Position numbers and translations under genes: made by a program
Notes under the pieces: model-generated
What the model was told of the DNA's origin: nothing
The model's database searches: none
The model's input: only the letters and a program-made list of their open reading frames with translations
Part shown: positions 25,831 to 40,044 of the stretch, piece by piece
Position numbering within the stretch: position 1 is the first letter of the stretch
How the letters are laid out: the number at the start of each line of letters is the position of its first letter
Source: Callorhinchus milii
Lineage: Eukaryota
Assembly (NCBI RefSeq): GCF_018977255.1
Contig: NW_024704762.1
Location: 8,370,001 to 8,434,000, forward strand
Direction: 5' to 3'
Length of the DNA: 64,000 nt

Positions 25831-28049
25831 CTACAGAAAAAAAAGTCAAGAGATTAAGATTGACTTTTTAATCGAATACTAGGATCAATAAAAATGCGAA
25901 AATATAGCTGGACCACACTATAATATCTGACACGTATAATATGCGTCAAACAAATGTGTAGCACCCTGCCGTGATCTCTGCCTTAAATACTCTTGACTAA
26001 TTTTGAAACCTATAAACTTCCAGGTCAGTGTTATTCCAGGGTAGATGCAGAGTAACATCTACGTTAACCTAATAATGTGCCTTATTTTCTATTGCGGCTT
26101 ACCCTCTCTGCTTATTCTCTACTTCCCGTAACATGGGAAAGTTTCTCTACGTCAGCTTGAACACTGTACAAAATATCCTATTCCTATGCCTACGACAGCC
26201 AACAACTGTGGCATCTCTTAGTTAGATTGAGAGTTTAGCCCTGAATTAAGAGGACATTTTCTATACTGTGAGCCCAACCATACACTGGGCACTGAGTTGA
26301 CATTGGCTCCTAAATTAATTTTGGACAGTGATGCTTAACGGCCAATTGACGGAGGCTTTCATTTCACCCTTCTCGCTTAGATTTGACTCTGGGGGTTGGA
26401 GATGAAAGGACATTGCCTGACCCACTGTAACACTGTCCATAGTTGGGGTTGTTACCATGTGAGTGAACCTCCTACAACCTATAGCCTTTTAAAATCTAGG
26501 TTCCATATCACCCATCCACTAATTCTTCATTTAGTTAGTTCTTTGGTAAATGATTTAGTAACCCACAACACTACAAAAATGCAAGTTATTTTTTTCTTTT
26601 AGCCCTAGCAGTGGGTCTTGGCCTTTCACCCGCGTTTCTAAATTTGAAAAAAGTTCAACTTCATTGATTAAGCGAAGAATTGATTAACATAAATGACACT
26701 TTTAAACTCCGCACTTGGCGTAACCGGGTGTCTCATGTAAATAAGACAACCAATATGTACTCGGCTAAGGGGGTCAACAAAATACTGTACCTTTTCTTTA
26801 AAAGCTCTATTTGAGCAGCTTAGAAAGTAGAGAGTCACGGGTTTCTACCAGATACACCGGTTTAATGCGAGTTGCAGTTTGCTACGCAAAGTCACTCCAA
26901 GGAATCTTATTCTGCTTAAATGCCACGATTGAATTGGCAATTGTGGGCTGGACTCTGTGTTTTACCTCCTACCCTGAGTTCCTACGTCCTGCAGTTCTCT
27001 CATTTCCACTCTGGCAGCTCAGTGCAGAGATAGAATTACAGGGTTTTTTCTGATCAGTAAGGGACAGTATTACACCATAAAGGAAGTATGCACACAGGCC
27101 TGTTCCCAACACATTTGCAGAAGAAACTGCTGTGCAGAACTGATTTGCCGCAGGCATTTAAGAAAATAACTGACTCTCTCAATAAACCCCTTAATAAGGA
27201 ACAGATTAAAATTAACATACCAATAAATCTAAACTAAACAATAATCCACAATGTCAATAAATAAGATTCATTACTGCAGGGACCATGGAACTCACCAATC
27301 CTAAATTTCCCTGGATGTCTACCCTGGTTCATTTCATATCCCTGACTTTCCCCGAATAGGTTAATAAACTTGGTCAACTGGTAGAACGACTCATTCAAAC
27401 ACATTTGAAATAGATGTTTGAACTTTTAAGAAGAGTAATGGATGGAATGAAAGCCCTGGTATTATGTTCTTAAATGGCGCAGGGATTAAAATTTTAGCTC
27501 TGTTGACACTCACAATACCTCACGCAATGAAAGATGAGAAGGAACAAAATGAGTGGGACTTGTGGTAAGGTAGTCACTGCCCCATGTGTCTCTGGGCCTA
27601 CTGATAGGCTGCCTGGCTGTGGATGTTCCTATAGGAATGGTCCTTGCCTCATGTTGGCAACTGAATATGATGGAGGGTTTGGAATCGGATCACAATGCAG
27701 TGAATTGTGGATGCAGACCCATCATTGTTGCTCAGCGTGCTAGAGCATTGCTGAGAGTAATACTTGAGCCAGTCAATAATTGTGCCCACCTCCCCCACAA
27801 GATGTTAGTAACACTGCTTTAGAACTTCCTGTTCTACACTCACACTTGAAGGAAGATGTTTATACTGACTTTTGTGCCCTTATATTCTTCTTTTATCTCC
27901 TTCCTAGGCTCAGTAGCCTCACCATCTACCTCTGTTACCAAATCTTTATGACAATTTGAGCACCAGTCCAAACAGGAGATGGCCAGGTTATACTTTCTGT
28001 GGCATCTGAAACATCCAAACATATTCACATGTATAAAGAGATAGTTAAC

Positions 28050-28400
28050 TGCCTTGGGTGCCCTCGTTCCCTAGCAACCGATCATCAACTGCCGTTCAAA
28101 AAAAGTGGCCGCTCAGTTTCATCGCTCGTGATTGGCTTCTGCCGACTTTGGGCCGCGATTGTCCATTGTTCTGAGGCGGAGAGGAACTGTCACTCGAGGG
28201 ATCCTCACCAATCGTACGGCTGGTTTCGGGGGCAAGTGAATGACAGTGGTGAGAACAGAACCATTAATGGGCGATTTCTCTTGAGGTTCATTCCCGACGA
28301 GGAAGATCTCACGCTTGGAAATGCGCAAGATCCAGGCAGCGATTTGCGATGGGAGGGGTGCGCGGGCGTGAGGGCAAAGGAAAGGGAAGCTGTGGCAGTC
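28050..28400. promoter_or_regulatory. CpG-rich intronic promoter-like island with an RFX X-box and CCAAT boxes
   Basis: GTTCCCTAGCAAC at 28066-28078, ATTGG at 28131, CCAAT at 28208, many CpGs against AT-rich flanks. Confidence 0.45.
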
Positions 28401-29320
28401 ACATACAGTAGTTACAAGATTCCTCTGCCATTGGGGTGGAAGGGTCCTGTATATGTAAAGGTCCTGCGTGAAAGGAGTTTGTGGACAGTCTAAACCAACT
28501 CCCAGTGGGTGTGGGATCACAGCACAAATCTAACCATAGTTTGTCATTAAATTGGGGATCTCACTCTGAGATCTTCAGGGGTTGTTTATTGTCTGCCTCT
28601 CCTTGTTACCAACCAGACTTGCACTACAATGGCTTTTTGGGCCTCCATTCACGCTCTGCCCAATCTCTGAAGTATCGTGGCTTTCATTTCTATTATTTGG
28701 TCATAATCAGAGGAACTTCACCATGATGACAGTCATTCAATCTTACTGAATTTTACATCTCATCTCGTACCGTCCTATTCTTAAAGGGGTCATGTTCTGA
28801 TAAAGTGTTTGGTAAACCCTTTCCTGTTCATTTACAGCGACCTTAATCCTACATGAACACATCATTCCATCACCTGCATGTGGCATCTTTCCAACAAGGA
28901 ATCTTGCTCTACCCAAAGAAAACCGGATGTCAAATGTTTCCCCCACCCCCCCCACCCCGGAACACTATGTCCCTTTACTTTGTCATGTTCTCTAATTAAT
29001 GTACATTAAACAAAATAAGAATTTTCTCAGATTAATTTGTAGCTTTTGTTCTAGTGAATTTTGTGCTTGTTGGAGATTAAAGAAGTTGGTGCTGGGAAAC
29101 ACTCACAACGACAATAACAACTTGCATTTATATAGCGTCCTTCATGCAGATTAGCGTCCCGGAGTGCTTAATGCCTCCTAGTAGTCAGTCACAAGAAGGC
29201 AGGATCTCTTGCCAGGGATACAGATGGCTATGGCACAACACATCTTAAGAGTGGAGAGGGTAATAGAAACAGATACCACTTTTCTTTCCTTTGAGTGGAG
29301 ACAGAGATTATAATACTTAC

Positions 29321-29357
29321 TTGAGCAAATGGGGTCACAATCATGTCTTCTGCATGG
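29321..29357 (-). CDS. PDE4C: PDE4 UCR1 small exon (37 bp)
   Basis: tttcag|C CAT GCA GAA GAC ATG ATT GTG ACC CCA TTT GCT CAA|gtaagt = (I)HAEDMIVTPFAQ. Confidence 0.92.
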
Positions 29358-32300
29358 CTGAAACCAAAAGACATATCATATGTTCATTATTGTTACTGAG
29401 CAGGAGCACAGTGGATTGTACTGAACAGAAATCCGGTGAAAGACACTGATGTAATGAATTAAGAGTGAAAGCCTCTGACAACTGGTTAATCGATGATAAT
29501 CGACTGGTCAATCAATAAGCCATTGGCCGTTAAGGGTGCAATTAGGTGGGATCATCCAGGGAACAGAGTTGCGTTCATCATAAATACTCACTCTTCACCC
29601 CAAGCTCCATTCTACTTAGATCAATAGTTCCCAAAGCAGAAACAAGAGGGTTCAATTTTTTTTTTACACACTCATTCTGAAACAATCCTCTCTGTTCAAG
29701 CTCTCTCCCTCAAGCCTATCTTGTCTTTTCTGATCGATTGCTTCTCAAAATGTTTCTCGCTTGTTCCTTCTAGGTTTTGAATATTCATCGCACTTACTGA
29801 TCCTGACTCACTTCAGATCCAGTCGAACACTGTGCTCAGCTTATCTGCACTTGGTAAGGAAATAAAACAAATAATCCTCTTTTGACTTGGATTATATTTA
29901 GACTTTATTGGATAGTTGTCCCTTGCAAGCTGCATGATATTGTACATAGCTGTAAATTCAGAGATTATGTGATAACAATCACACTGTCAAACAATGGAGC
30001 TTGCTTCTATTTTTCTGCTTTCCCTCCTTCTGCCAACCCAAAGAATCCAGTCAGAGCCAAACCAATATTTAAGGTTGGTAAAACCAAGCAAAATAAACAT
30101 TCCTGCCGGGCAGCAAGTTTGATAGAGTAATGAATGAATGAATTACTTTTAATGTACTATAAAATTTAGAGCTTTAGGGTTGAACTGAAGAGAACGAACG
30201 TTAGAGTGGTGAATCCAAAGAGAATTGGGGGATGATAAGGTTGATAATTCCAGCAATTATAAAAATAACAAATAATGAAACAAGCTCACATTCATAAACA
30301 TTAGTCCAATTTTTTTTTACAGCTTTAACACTCAATGTAGATACCCAGCTGGAGTTGGCATCCAGTAGATATTTGTTAAAACCTTGGGATAATATTGCTG
30401 GAAAGTAACAGGATTGCTGGGTATAAAAGAGCTTAAAAAAGCCCCATTAGCAAGTTTTGAATCAAACTCAGCCTCAGGTATAAGTCATCTTTGCACGATC
30501 CACCTGTGAGTTTTGTTCAGTAAATCAGACTGATAATAAAGCAAGAGAAAGGCAATCAGGAAGGGATGTCACAGCTCATTGATATTCTGTTATAATATGC
30601 TTTTTTTTTTGCACACAATTCCCACCAAAATAGTATGTTTTCAACCTTGCCAGTGGCCGACGGGATTCAGCATCAAACAGAAGTCAATTTCTCCCAAACA
30701 TGAAAGAAAGTTCCTTTTGGGAATAGCTAACCAGCCAAGAGGCATTCCTGTGCACCTGCTAGCAGCTGGTAATGGAAAGCCTAGCTGTTAAGACACAAAG
30801 ATAGAGAAGAAAATGGAGACAGTCTGACTTACAGAGACAGTTTAGCAAATAGAGTAAAGCTAATGATTGCAAACTGGGACATTGGCGAGTTAACAGTCAG
30901 TAAAGTAGAGGTGTATTCACTTCCATTTTTGTCATGCAACCTCATTGAGCCATGAGGGACATTCTTAGTCGAGGACTAAGGTCATTATTTTGCCTCATTA
31001 ATTAAAAGGGATTTGCTGGATATCTTTACAGGAATGTTCTGTCCCTTTAAAGGTGTGCTTTTAAATCTCACTGTGCTGAGTGAGAAATATCTCTAGCTGA
31101 AATAATCTAGAACCGGTGGTGATCACCAAGGAAAGCAATGGTCCAATAAGCACTGCGTTAAAGGTACACTCTATCATATAGAGTTTCACTGTCTTCATTA
31201 AAGTGATTTATGCCATTTATAGCGTTTTGTATCCACAGAAGTTGTTAGATAAACATTTCAGAAGACCTTCAATGGGTTGCGAAAATTCTTGAGATGTATT
31301 GAATAACTTAGTAGAAAGTCATCGCATACCTCAATTAAAGGCCATACAAGTCAATCATGAGGCCAGAAGGTTAGTTAGGCTCACACTTCCAGGAAGAGAA
31401 GGATATTTCAGAAATTCTGTCAATGTTTGTGAGAGGCGTGAGCAACTGTTGGATCTTGTATTCTTAAACCAACAGATTGCTCAATTCCCAGATGCCCAAT
31501 ACTAGATTTAAAGCATTGAAGTTAAGAAAAAGTACAGTAACAAGCTTCTGAGTCTAGATATCTCGAGCCGCCAATTGAAAGTCTATTAAATTGGAATATT
31601 CAATGTATTCTAGCGACATCTAGTGGAAACGATAGGTACTGCACAAGATTCACAACCGGCTCTGGGAATCTTTGATCTTGTCCTCATGAATTTGGATGTC
31701 AGAAGTCCTTTGGATGTACAACTGAGTTGAACATACACAGTTGCTCCATTTCAATGCAAAAATCTAAAGAAAGATGTAAATCCCATGATCACTTTTCAGC
31801 CACATACGATTGGTGGGAGTGTTGGAGCACGTTTTTCTTTGGGCAGTCAGAATTTTTTTTTCCTCCTTCTTTTGTTTTCTCACGTTTGCTTGCAAATCGG
31901 GTAATTCAGGAAAATGGGGGGTTGGGGAGGGGGTGGGGGTGGGAGTAGCATGTGTGGTTGTTAATGGAGGTGGGCGAAAGGAGTGACAACGTGGTGATGG
32001 GAGCAATCTCAAACTGGTGGGTGCGGACACACTCTGACCTGTATGGCGTGTAGTGGAGGAGAGGCCGCAAGCATCCATTTTGACACATTGGTGTGGAGTG
32101 GAGGCTGAATCGTCTAATCGATTTGATAATATATTTTGAGAGATAAAGGAGGTATTGTCTTGAGGTGATAGATGATTCATTCCTTCTGTACTATTGTTGC
32201 TGGATTTCTGAATTAATAATCAACTTTTTTTTAAAAAAAGAGAGAAAATCAAATGTTCCTCGTGGAGTTGCTTACTCACGCTGGCAGAAGATGTTGACGA

Positions 32301-33443
32301 GAACATCCCTATTGCCACTGTAGCCAAAGCTAATCTTTAGATGGGGCAGTGCTTTATGTTGTCACCTTTGGCCTCTGATCCTGTGCCTCTCTTCTCCCTA
32401 TACAGCTCCCAGTGAATCTATTAAGGATGCCAAACTGTAGTCTGAATCCTGCACTGAAGATGTAATTTGAAATATTTTTTCTTGGCCGGAATGTAATGGA
32501 TTTCAAAAGCACACCTCCACTCTCCCTGGTCTCTCACACACCAACACACAGGTCAGTTATGTCTCTTGGGTTAGTAGGCTGTGCTAGGTTTGCAAGGCTG
32601 GAAATTCTAGGGCCTCGGCGTTCACTTACTTTCCAAATGTCAAGGCTAGGACTGGCTCAGATTGTCGCGCTGCCAAAGCTGGCCTTGGGTGAGCCTTGAA
32701 ATAGCTACTCCTGGTAATGAGGGGACAAAACCATTGGACAGGTCAGTATTTTCCCACTGGTTGGACCTGGTACTTGTTGGTTCATGGTTCATCTTACCTG
32801 GAGACCTTTAAAGTCGTTTCCTCCACAAGTCTGATAATGACCCGCTGTGGCCCTTGCAAGTGCGTGAAATGTCTACAGTGGATACATTCAGCACAACTTA
32901 CATTCTCTGCAATGTGTGATAATTGCTCCTCTTGTGTCGTAATGGATCTATATAACTTGTGTTAAATTGATGAGCACCATCTCTACAATGGAGAAATGGT
33001 ACTTTCAAGGCCATCTGATATGCCAGTCAATCAACTAGCCTCCTCTGCCATTGTGGGCCACCATTTTACACATTAAAATTCATGTGTCGAGTCAGTACCC
33101 TTATCAGCCGTTTAGTACCAAGTGCCAGAAAATGATTCCCCTTTAACCCATTGTGTCCTGTACCTACAGGACCTGATGGTGAGTCGTATAACAATTCTCA
33201 AACCAAACTTTGATCTAAATCACCTAACATCATCTCAATGAGAATGAAACAAACAAGATATGTGTCCTGGCAATTTGAAAGTAACATATTTCTGGTGGAG
33301 GCTTCAGTAAAGGAATAAACCATTCATCTAAACTATGAGTCTCGTCCCACCAATTACAACAATTCCCACACATACAGCGCCTTTCTTTACATACGGATAC
33401 CAATGTGTTAACCTGGAGCAATGGGCTAAACAAAATCACTTAC

Positions 33444-33635
33444 ATGTCACTTGCGATGGAGGAGTTTCGGGACATGTTCTTGGGCGAGATGTCATAATCG
33501 CTGTCGGAGCGGTACAGGAATGATTCCCGCCGCTGACTGTGGGTGAAATTCGCCTGTAAAATGAGTCCGGAACCGGGACTTGTTTGAAGATCCAGTGGAC
33601 TGCGTCCTGCAGAGAGGCCATTTTCAACATCAAAG
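33444..33635 (-). CDS. PDE4C: First common long-form exon with UCR1 start and PKA site RRESF (192 bp)
   Basis: [63 protein letters not shown]; phase-2 cttccag acceptor, AT|gtaagt donor. Confidence 0.95.
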
Positions 33636-34304
33636 CTGGAAGAGAAACGTGAAAGATGGAGGCTCAAGTGGAGGCATAGACCATTGATCCAAAATACGAT
33701 CTCGTCACACCAAATTGCAACAATTTCCACATATACAGCACTGAGCAGTAAGTGAAACCTTCCTCTCGTTTTCTGAGTTTAGCTGCTGGATGGAGAACAG
33801 GATGGAAGAATGTCCCACCCTCAGCACCAATAGTCTCCAGAGCACGCACAAGCGTTAAATAGCTCTGTTTACACAAATGCATTGAGTCAACCTTTTTTTT
33901 TCTAACTGGGCAATTGGAAATGCAAAGCTGGTTGTAACTTGTGTTACTGCGGCATGACATGGAAATGATGTGGTACAAGTCGATTCATGTCATGTTTATA
34001 AACAAGCCGTAAACCACTTTTTCATGATGACCAGCACCTTGTTCAGTCCTCATTCATCACCTTGCTACGGGCAGTGAACTCAATCTGCAGCCATTAAAAA
34101 TAAGGATCGACCACTTCTTTCCTGACCAATCTAGTTCAGACGGGATTGTTTCTCAACAGTGGAGAAGAGATTGCGTTTGCTGATTGCTGTGTAACCGTAC
34201 ACTTAATGCAGGGCCACGAGGATACACTCACAGTCACAGGTCACCTTTGTTTCCTCCATCTGATACCACAACCAGCACACACTGCTCCACACGTGCACAA
34301 TGCG

Positions 34305-34471
34305 CCTTCATTCACCAAACACCCGAGATTGTTGCGAACGTGATCATGGGCGTCTGCCGCTAAAGTTATGGTACCAAACTGATGAAAGTAAATGAAACAC
34401 CATACAAGTGGGAACCCACAGCAAGACACTGTGGAATGCCCTGGCTAATACGCAGTCTTGGTGAATGAAGG
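34305..34471. mobile_element. Possible MITE remnant with 14-bp terminal inverted repeats
   Basis: ccttcattcaccaa (34305-34318) and ttggtgaatgaagg (34458-34471). Confidence 0.4.
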
Positions 34472-34739
34472 TGGGGTTTTCAACAGCTTCCGAACTATCA
34501 TTCAATGTACTCAGCAACTACCTTCCTCTGATGCGTTAGGCGTGAATTGACTGTGCCGCACGGAACTGAATGGACAGTTGCTTTAATGCACAAGATGTAC
34601 GCACGCAAGCCTTCTTGACATGACTGATCTACTTAACAAAATGTTCTACTCTGATTGAACACATGGCTGTTTTTCTTCCCCTTTGAAAGGCTCTATCTAC
34701 ATGTAATTTGTTGTTGTTTAAAAAGCGCGAGTGACTCAC

Positions 34740-34876
34740 GTTGATTTGACAGTTGCAGTCAGCTGAGGCCCCAAAACACCTAAAAATTTATGATTGTTAG
34801 AATCTTTTTGGAAAATTCTTAAATTCAACTTTAGTTTGACCCTCGTCACTCCCCCAAATAAAAAAAATGCAGACAT
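34740..34876 (-). CDS. Candidate alternative first exon for a long PDE4 isoform
   Basis: ATG at 34876 opens MSAFFLFGGVTRVKLKLNLRIFQKDSNNHKFLGVLGPQLTATVKS(T) and ends at phase-2 donor AC|gtgagt, in frame with FDVENG; peptide not recognised. Confidence 0.4.
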
Positions 34877-37737
34877 TTGCCAAACGATTGGTTTCACCCC
34901 GGGAAAATCTGCCTCTTGAAACCATTCATCACACGTGCTCACAAACAAAAAACTCAGTTCATTTCAGAACATTAACAGCAATAACTAATCCAAAATGATA
35001 TCTGTGGTTAATGTGTCGGCCACAGAATTGCCATCCAAATTGCACCGTAATTACTCCCGAGAGCCATAGGTTTGCCATTATTCTTAATTATTCCCCTTGA
35101 TGCAGTCTCAGCTTGTCACCTTGACAGAGTGATACAGGATTGGCAAGACAGACAATCATTGTGCCAAAGTTGTATGTGGTGGGCTGTTGCATTAGAGTCT
35201 GTACTGACTTGTCAAATCAATCCTTGTTAACGCAGAGCTGCTCATCAGATCTGCATCCACAGCCCCATTCCACAGGAAATGGCTTGTCATTTTCAAGGGG
35301 GCGATTAAAGCGTAAAGAGGGAACTTGCATTTTTATGCTGCCAAAATATTGCATCTCTAAGGACTTCAGAAGTAATTCAAGTGGAGTATAATGACTTGTT
35401 TTTGTAGGCAACTGCAGCAGACATTTGTGGACCACAAGATCCCACAAACGAGCGTGAGGAAAATGATCTACAGATCCAGAGGATTGTTGGTCAGGACACC
35501 AGGAGAAGCTCCCTCCTCTTATGAACTTGCTGATGTTGACAAGGAACGTACACACTCCATCTCACCGAGAAAATTTGGCGACAAATTGAAAAATTCACAG
35601 AACAGGTTGTAAGGAAGAGTTCAGGGATAGTGAAAAAGTTTAACAATGGGAAACATGTTCACACGACACACACACATAAAAAAAAATTGCACGGCTTTGC
35701 AGAGCCCTAAAAAGCTGCCTAGAAAACTTTCAATCACCGCAATGAGTGGAGGGGAGAAATCACACCCACAAATAACAACTCTTACTATCCAATAGACATT
35801 CATCACATCGACAAGGAAGATGGTGAAGTTCAGACTGTGCAGTGTCTGCAGGATGAAGGAGCTGAGAGTAGGAGACAACAAGGGGAGATGCTATCAGAGC
35901 ATTTAAAGAGATACATTTAAATGTCTGGTTAATTCAGCACAAATCATCTTTTTTTGGTGGGGAAGAGTAAAAGAAAAAAAATTCCGCCCTCAGCTTCTGC
36001 TGCTTTAAGCTGATTGCTGCAGGGTTGATCAGTTAGCGAGCATGCCTTGTGCACGTAGCAGATAAGCCAGTCTGTCTTAAGACAGCCCCATTCATGGTAA
36101 GGTCTTGAACGAAATTCAAAACCACAGACACAGCAGCAGAGTTATCGGGTGACAGCTCAGCCTGCTGCTTCCTCCTCCATCCCCCCCCCCCCCCCCCCCA
36201 CACACACACAAACACACACACATGTTCTGCCACAAGGCTCAGTGCTAAGGCTTACTTTTAACCCAATGTGGACCACTGCACACTCAATAAAAGTTTAACC
36301 CCTGGCACCAAACGTGCCTTAGTCGAGCTCTGAAGTTCCGCAGTCTCACACAAGGCAGCTGGTTTTGGGAGATAGAACATCTCTCATTGGGGAAGAAGTA
36401 GGAGCTCCTGATGATGGAGCTCAAGCCCATTGTTGATCCAGTGTAGAGTGAGTTTAGTTCTGTAACCGCAGCACGGTATTTGACCTGGAAATAGTGCTGA
36501 ATGCAAATGCGACAAAGGTCCATAATGGGAAGGCAACCCATTCCCGGGCACTCACGTTCTTGAGCACAAAATTCAATCGGAAACGAAGGCTGCAATATAC
36601 TCAGACGTCCCTATCAAAGCGGTTCGGTAGGCCATGCTTCACTTTGCTACTGTTGAAATTCAGTCAACAAAGGGTTAAGTAGTTTAATGTCACCGTATGC
36701 TCTTTTGTGTTTGGTTTAAAGGAAAATAATCAATATGGATTTTTACTTTTCTTGCCTATTCAACTGTTGCTCGCTCGAACCAGGTGAGCTCCAATGAATG
36801 TAATGCATAATAAAATCAGATAAATTGTTCGCTGTTTTCACTGTTCGATTTGTTCAAGTAATAATAATCCTTGCATTTGACACAGCACCTTATCACGTCT
36901 TCGAGACGTCTCAAAGCGCTTCACAGAATATAATAACATGAGAAATGCTAGAAGAGAAAAGACCAAAGTTTATCTAATTTGCCTTCCACCTTCCTGGCCT
37001 TCGCTTGCACATATGTCCCAAACTATCTCTGTACTATATCCCTTAATGTTATTTCCTAAAAGAAAACTATCTATCCTGTGTTGGAAAGACACTGATTCAA
37101 TATACAGTTTGAAATATACTGTAAAGTGAATTGACGGTATATTTTGTGGGCGAAATGGTAACTCACATCGTTTTTTTTAAGAAAAAGAAAAATGGTGTTT
37201 TTTCTAAAATTATGTTTCGCTGAAAGATTTTTTTTNAAGTTCAGGTCTTCTTTGATACTTTTTTCCAGTGGTTCTCAATGGGTTTCATTCAGTGAGTAGT
37301 TGAGTCAGACAGACGAAGAACATTCAATCTCTGGTCTGTCTTGAGGTAGCTGTCTGCCTGGCAGGAAAAATCTGTACGTCATCAGAGATGTGTCCCCCAC
37401 CCACCCAAAAACTACCAAACTTCCCCCAAACACCGGAACAACAGAGAAGCTGGACCCTTGTGAAACCAATATGGATCATTTTAATCAGCAGTTAAACGAA
37501 ATGGTGCAAATCGATTCCTGACTGATAGCGGTGGTCAAGGTCATCACCAGAACATCCATGTCATGTGGATATGGAGCTTGCGGTGAATATCTGTGCGTGT
37601 GTGTGCGTAGCTCCCTTTCTCTGCCTTTTGCTCTGTGTGTGTGTGCGGGTGTGCGCATGTGTGTGCGTGTGTTTCTCTCTGTCTCTGTCTCGAGCTGTTT
37701 GCTGAGTATTTGTTGCCGCCTTTGAAGAGCTGTGGAT

Positions 37738-37809
37738 TGACGTCATTGGCCATGTCTGTGTGTGCGCACGTAGTCTCCAGGGTGATGGCTTGACACAACA
37801 TTCGCCAAT
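37738..37809. promoter_or_regulatory. CRE plus CCAAT boxes (candidate internal promoter or enhancer)
   Basis: TGACGTCA at 37738-37745 overlapping ATTGG; second CCAAT at 37805-37809. Confidence 0.45.
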
Positions 37810-38084
37810 CAGAACTCCTTGGGGACAATATTTCCTCCTTAACCCTCAAACCACTTGTCAGATCTGCTTGTCCCAGTTCAGGTTGGGTTACATGCTCAGT
37901 GGGGGTGGGGGTATGTGGGGGGTATGTGGGGTGGGAAGAGAGCGCGGAGAAAAAAAAATCCCGTCCCTCCATTGCCTTCCTCTAACTTTCAAACCCGTTA
38001 ACCCTTTCCAACCCCACACAGATGAGTGATTTTCCCAACCTTTTTCCAGCAAAGATTTTCAGCCACTAGGAAAGAAGAAAATAA

Positions 38085-38265
38085 TAATAATTTGGTCATT
38101 CAATCCACGACTGTTTGTGGGGACACCGCTTTGCGCAATTGCTTGCAGCGTTTTGCACCACAAGATATACAGTCAATTCACTTTACAGTATGTTCTGTGA
38201 AGCGCTTTGAGACGTCTCGAAGACGTGATAAGCCGCGATGTCAAATGCAAGGATTATTATCATTA
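38085..38265 (+). mobile_element. SINE 3' half
   Basis: Deu-like core and tail. Confidence 0.8.
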
Positions 38266-40044
38266 CATCAAAGTAACATTACCTCTGCACCAACTCATTA
38301 AGTTAGACGGAGAGTGAATATGTATTATTCCCCCTGATAATGTATCGTGATCACAACCAGAGGAGCCCTCCTACCTCGTCCCCACCACCTCCAGTTTATA
38401 TTTCATCAGCTCACTCCTGAACCAGCTTGTCAGGAGGTCAGTGAATGTGCAATTGGAGAAGGCAGGCATCAATGAATTCCCTCTCCCTGTCAAGCCAACT
38501 CACTCTTTTATCTCTCTGAAGGCTCTGTTAAACACAGAATCGGGGAGAGTGAAATAGAATAATCGAGGAACCTGATCCCTTCCAGCTCAAGGCCAGACTG
38601 CATGGCTACTAACTTAAAATGTGCCAACAGAAGGAATCCTAGCCACCAGTTGACCTCTCCTGGTGCTGATGCTCTGTGTGGTTAGGTCATTTGATGGTGT
38701 AAAAGCTACTGCATTTCTTGGGAGACCTCCCGGCATTCCTACTGAACGTACAAGGATCCGTGTTTCAGAGACTGACGAAGATAAGGCACCAGAAGTCCTA
38801 CTCTGAGACCTACCCTGGATACACGTTCCCAGCTACTGTACAAGCATCTATTTGGCTCAGTTGGGAGCACTAACATCCCAGGGTCAGAATGTCCTGGATT
38901 CATCTGGACTTGAACTCAGATTCTAGGCTAACTCCAACGCAATACAGGGTTGCATTGTCGGAGATGCCGTAATTAGTACAAGACATTAAACTAAGACACA
39001 GCTGGCCTGCCTCAAGTGAACAATATTGGAAAAGAGAAGTGAATTTCTCCCTGTATACTGGTCACCCATGACTCTTCGGGGGATCTTGCAAGTGACTGTG
39101 GCATTTCCCTGGAAACAGCAACCACTACAGCTGACAGTAATTACACATGAAGCACTTTCAGATGGTTTGATGTGCAATGGCACTATTAAAATTGCAAGTT
39201 TACTATTCCATTGGCTAGTTTTTTCAAAAAGAGGTCCAAGACAGATGGGGATTAGAGAAGGATTAAAGGGAATTAGGAGCGAGACTTGTATTGTTCTGCC
39301 CTGTTAAATATGGTCATTGTACAGAAATGTGAGCAATAGATTTGTTTCCAACAAGATGCAGAAAGAACACGACCATTAAACACCGGATTTGCATTTACCA
39401 TCGGGGGATGCGTCACAAGAGGATGCATAAGAGGGTGTGGAAACTTGTCCCCTAGTACAGTGACAGGAGTCCTTTAATGTGGGCTTTTACTTGAGATCAA
39501 CGTTGCGATTATACTTCTCGAAACAGAAATGGTGAGACCGCCCCTTAGGTGGAGAGGAGAAACGAAAAGTTAGTTGCATTTTTAAATTGAGAAATCCAGA
39601 TACAGCAATCAAGGCCCATCATGCAGGACAGCAGCAAGATTTGAGGAGAATAGCGGAGAAAGCAGGATAAATCTAGTGGTGTTTGGGTGATATCAATCTT
39701 GCGTTTAAAGCCTGTATGACCGGAGGAGGAAGGGAAGGGAAGAGAGGGGGGAAGATAAGAATTCTGCAGTCTTGAGAGACTTGGAAACAATGAGTCCGAG
39801 AAGGATATGAACTGTCCACTCAGCCTTGGTTTCAACTTAGCAAGGACGCAGAAAGGTGGGCGAGTGTGTACAATGCTGCGTTGTGAGACTAAATTAGAAC
39901 AGTTGTTTGAACAGGTTGTATAATGCCTGGCTAGACCTGGCATTCGCTCGTGTTTCAGTGGATAGCCCACTGACCTGTCACAGGGAAACCAAAGTAGGCA
40001 GAACAAAGAGGAGTGTCAGAGAAGGATTTAAACCCTTGATTTCT

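Noticed and set aside
37544-37972. ORF ending HMTWMF with a possible phase-2 donor
   Set aside because: Weak donor (GTGATG), and the ORF is mostly (CA)n-derived; more likely promoter or UTR sequence
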